From: an uncultured Candidatus Poseidoniales archaeon
GTDB taxonomy: Archaea; Thermoplasmatota; Poseidoniia; Poseidoniales; CAYMED01
Direction: 5' to 3'
Length of the DNA: 16,455 nt
Assembly: GCA_964389655.1 (NCBI GenBank)
Contig: CAYMED010000032.1
Span: 1-16,455, forward strand
The notes below the pieces were generated by a model that was not told where the DNA came from, made no database searches, and worked only from the letters and a program-made list of their open reading frames with translations. The position numbers and the translations under genes are program-made. Below, piece after piece: positions 15,872 through 16,455 of the stretch. Each line of letters begins with the position of its first letter. The first letter of the stretch is position 1.

Positions 15872-15889
15872 TATCTCACCGAATGTTTG

Positions 15890-15921
15890 CTTTAAGGTAT
15901 ATTATACTTTTATTATTTATT
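15890..15921 (-). promoter_or_regulatory. Strong BRE/TATA-like promoter of the DUF5679-like gene
   Basis: Minus strand AATAAAAG-TATAATATA: a purine-rich BRE followed by a TATA box, about 27-35 nt upstream of ATG 15871. It is a conspicuously AT-rich tract. Confidence 0.6.
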
Positions 15922-15933
15922 GGCACGATCTAC

Positions 15934-16233
15934 TCACTCTTCACTTGAGAACATAAAGGAGGTCCCGCCGCCTCTCCATTGCGTGGTCATGTCCTCAATC
16001 TCTTCTTCAAATTCGTCAGGTATGCTGAATGTGGGATCTAGCGAATAGAATCGGGAATCAACTTCCCTTTTTGGTGCCGGCTGACTCTCAGGTGGTGGTT
16101 CTTCATTTAGGATGTTGCTGGAATGGAATGTGCCACATTCGGGGCATCGTAGGGAATTTCTTTCTTCAAAAGCGAAGCAGTTGGGGCAAATTTCAGCAAC
16201 TTTAAGACGCGAAAGTGGGTCGGGTTCGCTCAT
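15934..16233 (-). CDS. Hypothetical zinc-ribbon protein with an acidic/Pro-rich C-terminus
   Basis: CPNC...RCPECG pair. A GGTGA RBS containing the upstream stop codon precedes TTG ATG (ATG at 16233). Confidence 0.75.
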   Translation of the reverse strand: MSEPDPLSRLKVAEICPNCFAFEERNSLRCPECGTFHSSNILNEEPPPESQPAPKREVDSRFYSLDPTFSIPDEFEEEIEDMTTQWRGGGTSFMFSSEE

Positions 16234-16236
16234 CAA

Positions 16237-16455
16237 TCACCCGTCCACAAATAGTGCATCAAATGGGACCGTTACCTCGGATTGGTCATCAAGCCTTTCA
16301 ACGACAACTGAGTCCTCTTCATCATCTAGGAATTCAAGAACCACAGCTTGGAATTCCTTCCCCTTCCAATCAACTCCTACTTTTGACCCGACATCGACTG
16401 CTTCGTCGTCTGACTCCTCGTCCTCATCGTCTGATTCCTCGTCCTCATCGTCTGA
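16237..16455 (-). CDS. 3' end of an acidic protein with a Tudor/SH3-like C-terminal domain (partial)
   Basis: Not in the track. The frame is open from the window edge: SDDEDEESDDEDEESDDEAVDVGSKVGVDWKGKEFQAVVLEFLDDEEDSVVVERLDDQSEVTVPFDALFVDG*. Confidence 0.75.
   Translation of the reverse strand, partial: SDDEDEESDDEDEESDDEAVDVGSKVGVDWKGKEFQAVVLEFLDDEEDSVVVERLDDQSEVTVPFDALFVDG
16402..16455 (-). repeat. 21-bp coding tandem repeat (SDDEDEE)n
   Basis: TCAGACGATGAGGACGAGGA[A/G] occurs twice (16435-16455, 16414-16434) plus a partial third copy. It runs to the window edge. Confidence 0.9.

Noticed and set aside
15642-15956. Track ORFs 15642..15860 (-) and 15702..15956 (+)
   Set aside because: Shadows of the RBS-supported 51-aa zinc-ribbon gene and the tRNA.
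16402-16455. Repeat as a CRISPR array
   Set aside because: Direct tandem units with no spacers, in frame within a coding region.

Overview
Gene-dense archaeal chromosomal segment, most consistent with marine Thermoplasmatota (Poseidoniia, MGII/MGIII-like). This is inferred from a stand-alone Kae1, a tRNA lacking encoded CCA, GGTGA/GGAGG ribosome-binding sites and apparently leaderless first genes. From left to right: the 5' part of glyA; a Bax inhibitor-1/YccA membrane protein; a tightly coupled minus-strand preQ0 (7-deazaguanine) operon, RHH regulator-folE-queE-queC-msrB-queD, with a palindrome over its promoter; a NatAB-like ABC exporter; a hypothetical gene; a divergent pair (surface-anchored thioredoxin-like protein with a pacifastin-type domain, and a thioredoxin-CcdA fusion); a kae1-hypothetical-FKBP-methylmalonyl-CoA mutase-epimerase run; hutI; an ABM-like protein; tRNA-Val(GAC); a 51-aa DUF5679-like zinc ribbon missed by the ORF track; a second zinc-ribbon protein; and the end of an acidic protein with a Tudor-like tail. 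The most notable observations are a perfect 13-6-13 inverted repeat at 15439-15470 with dif/Xer-site hallmarks, a QueC with all four zinc-binding cysteines replaced, msrB embedded in the que operon, and the pacifastin-like domain on an archaeal redox protein. All assignments come from motif recognition by eye; no searches were run.
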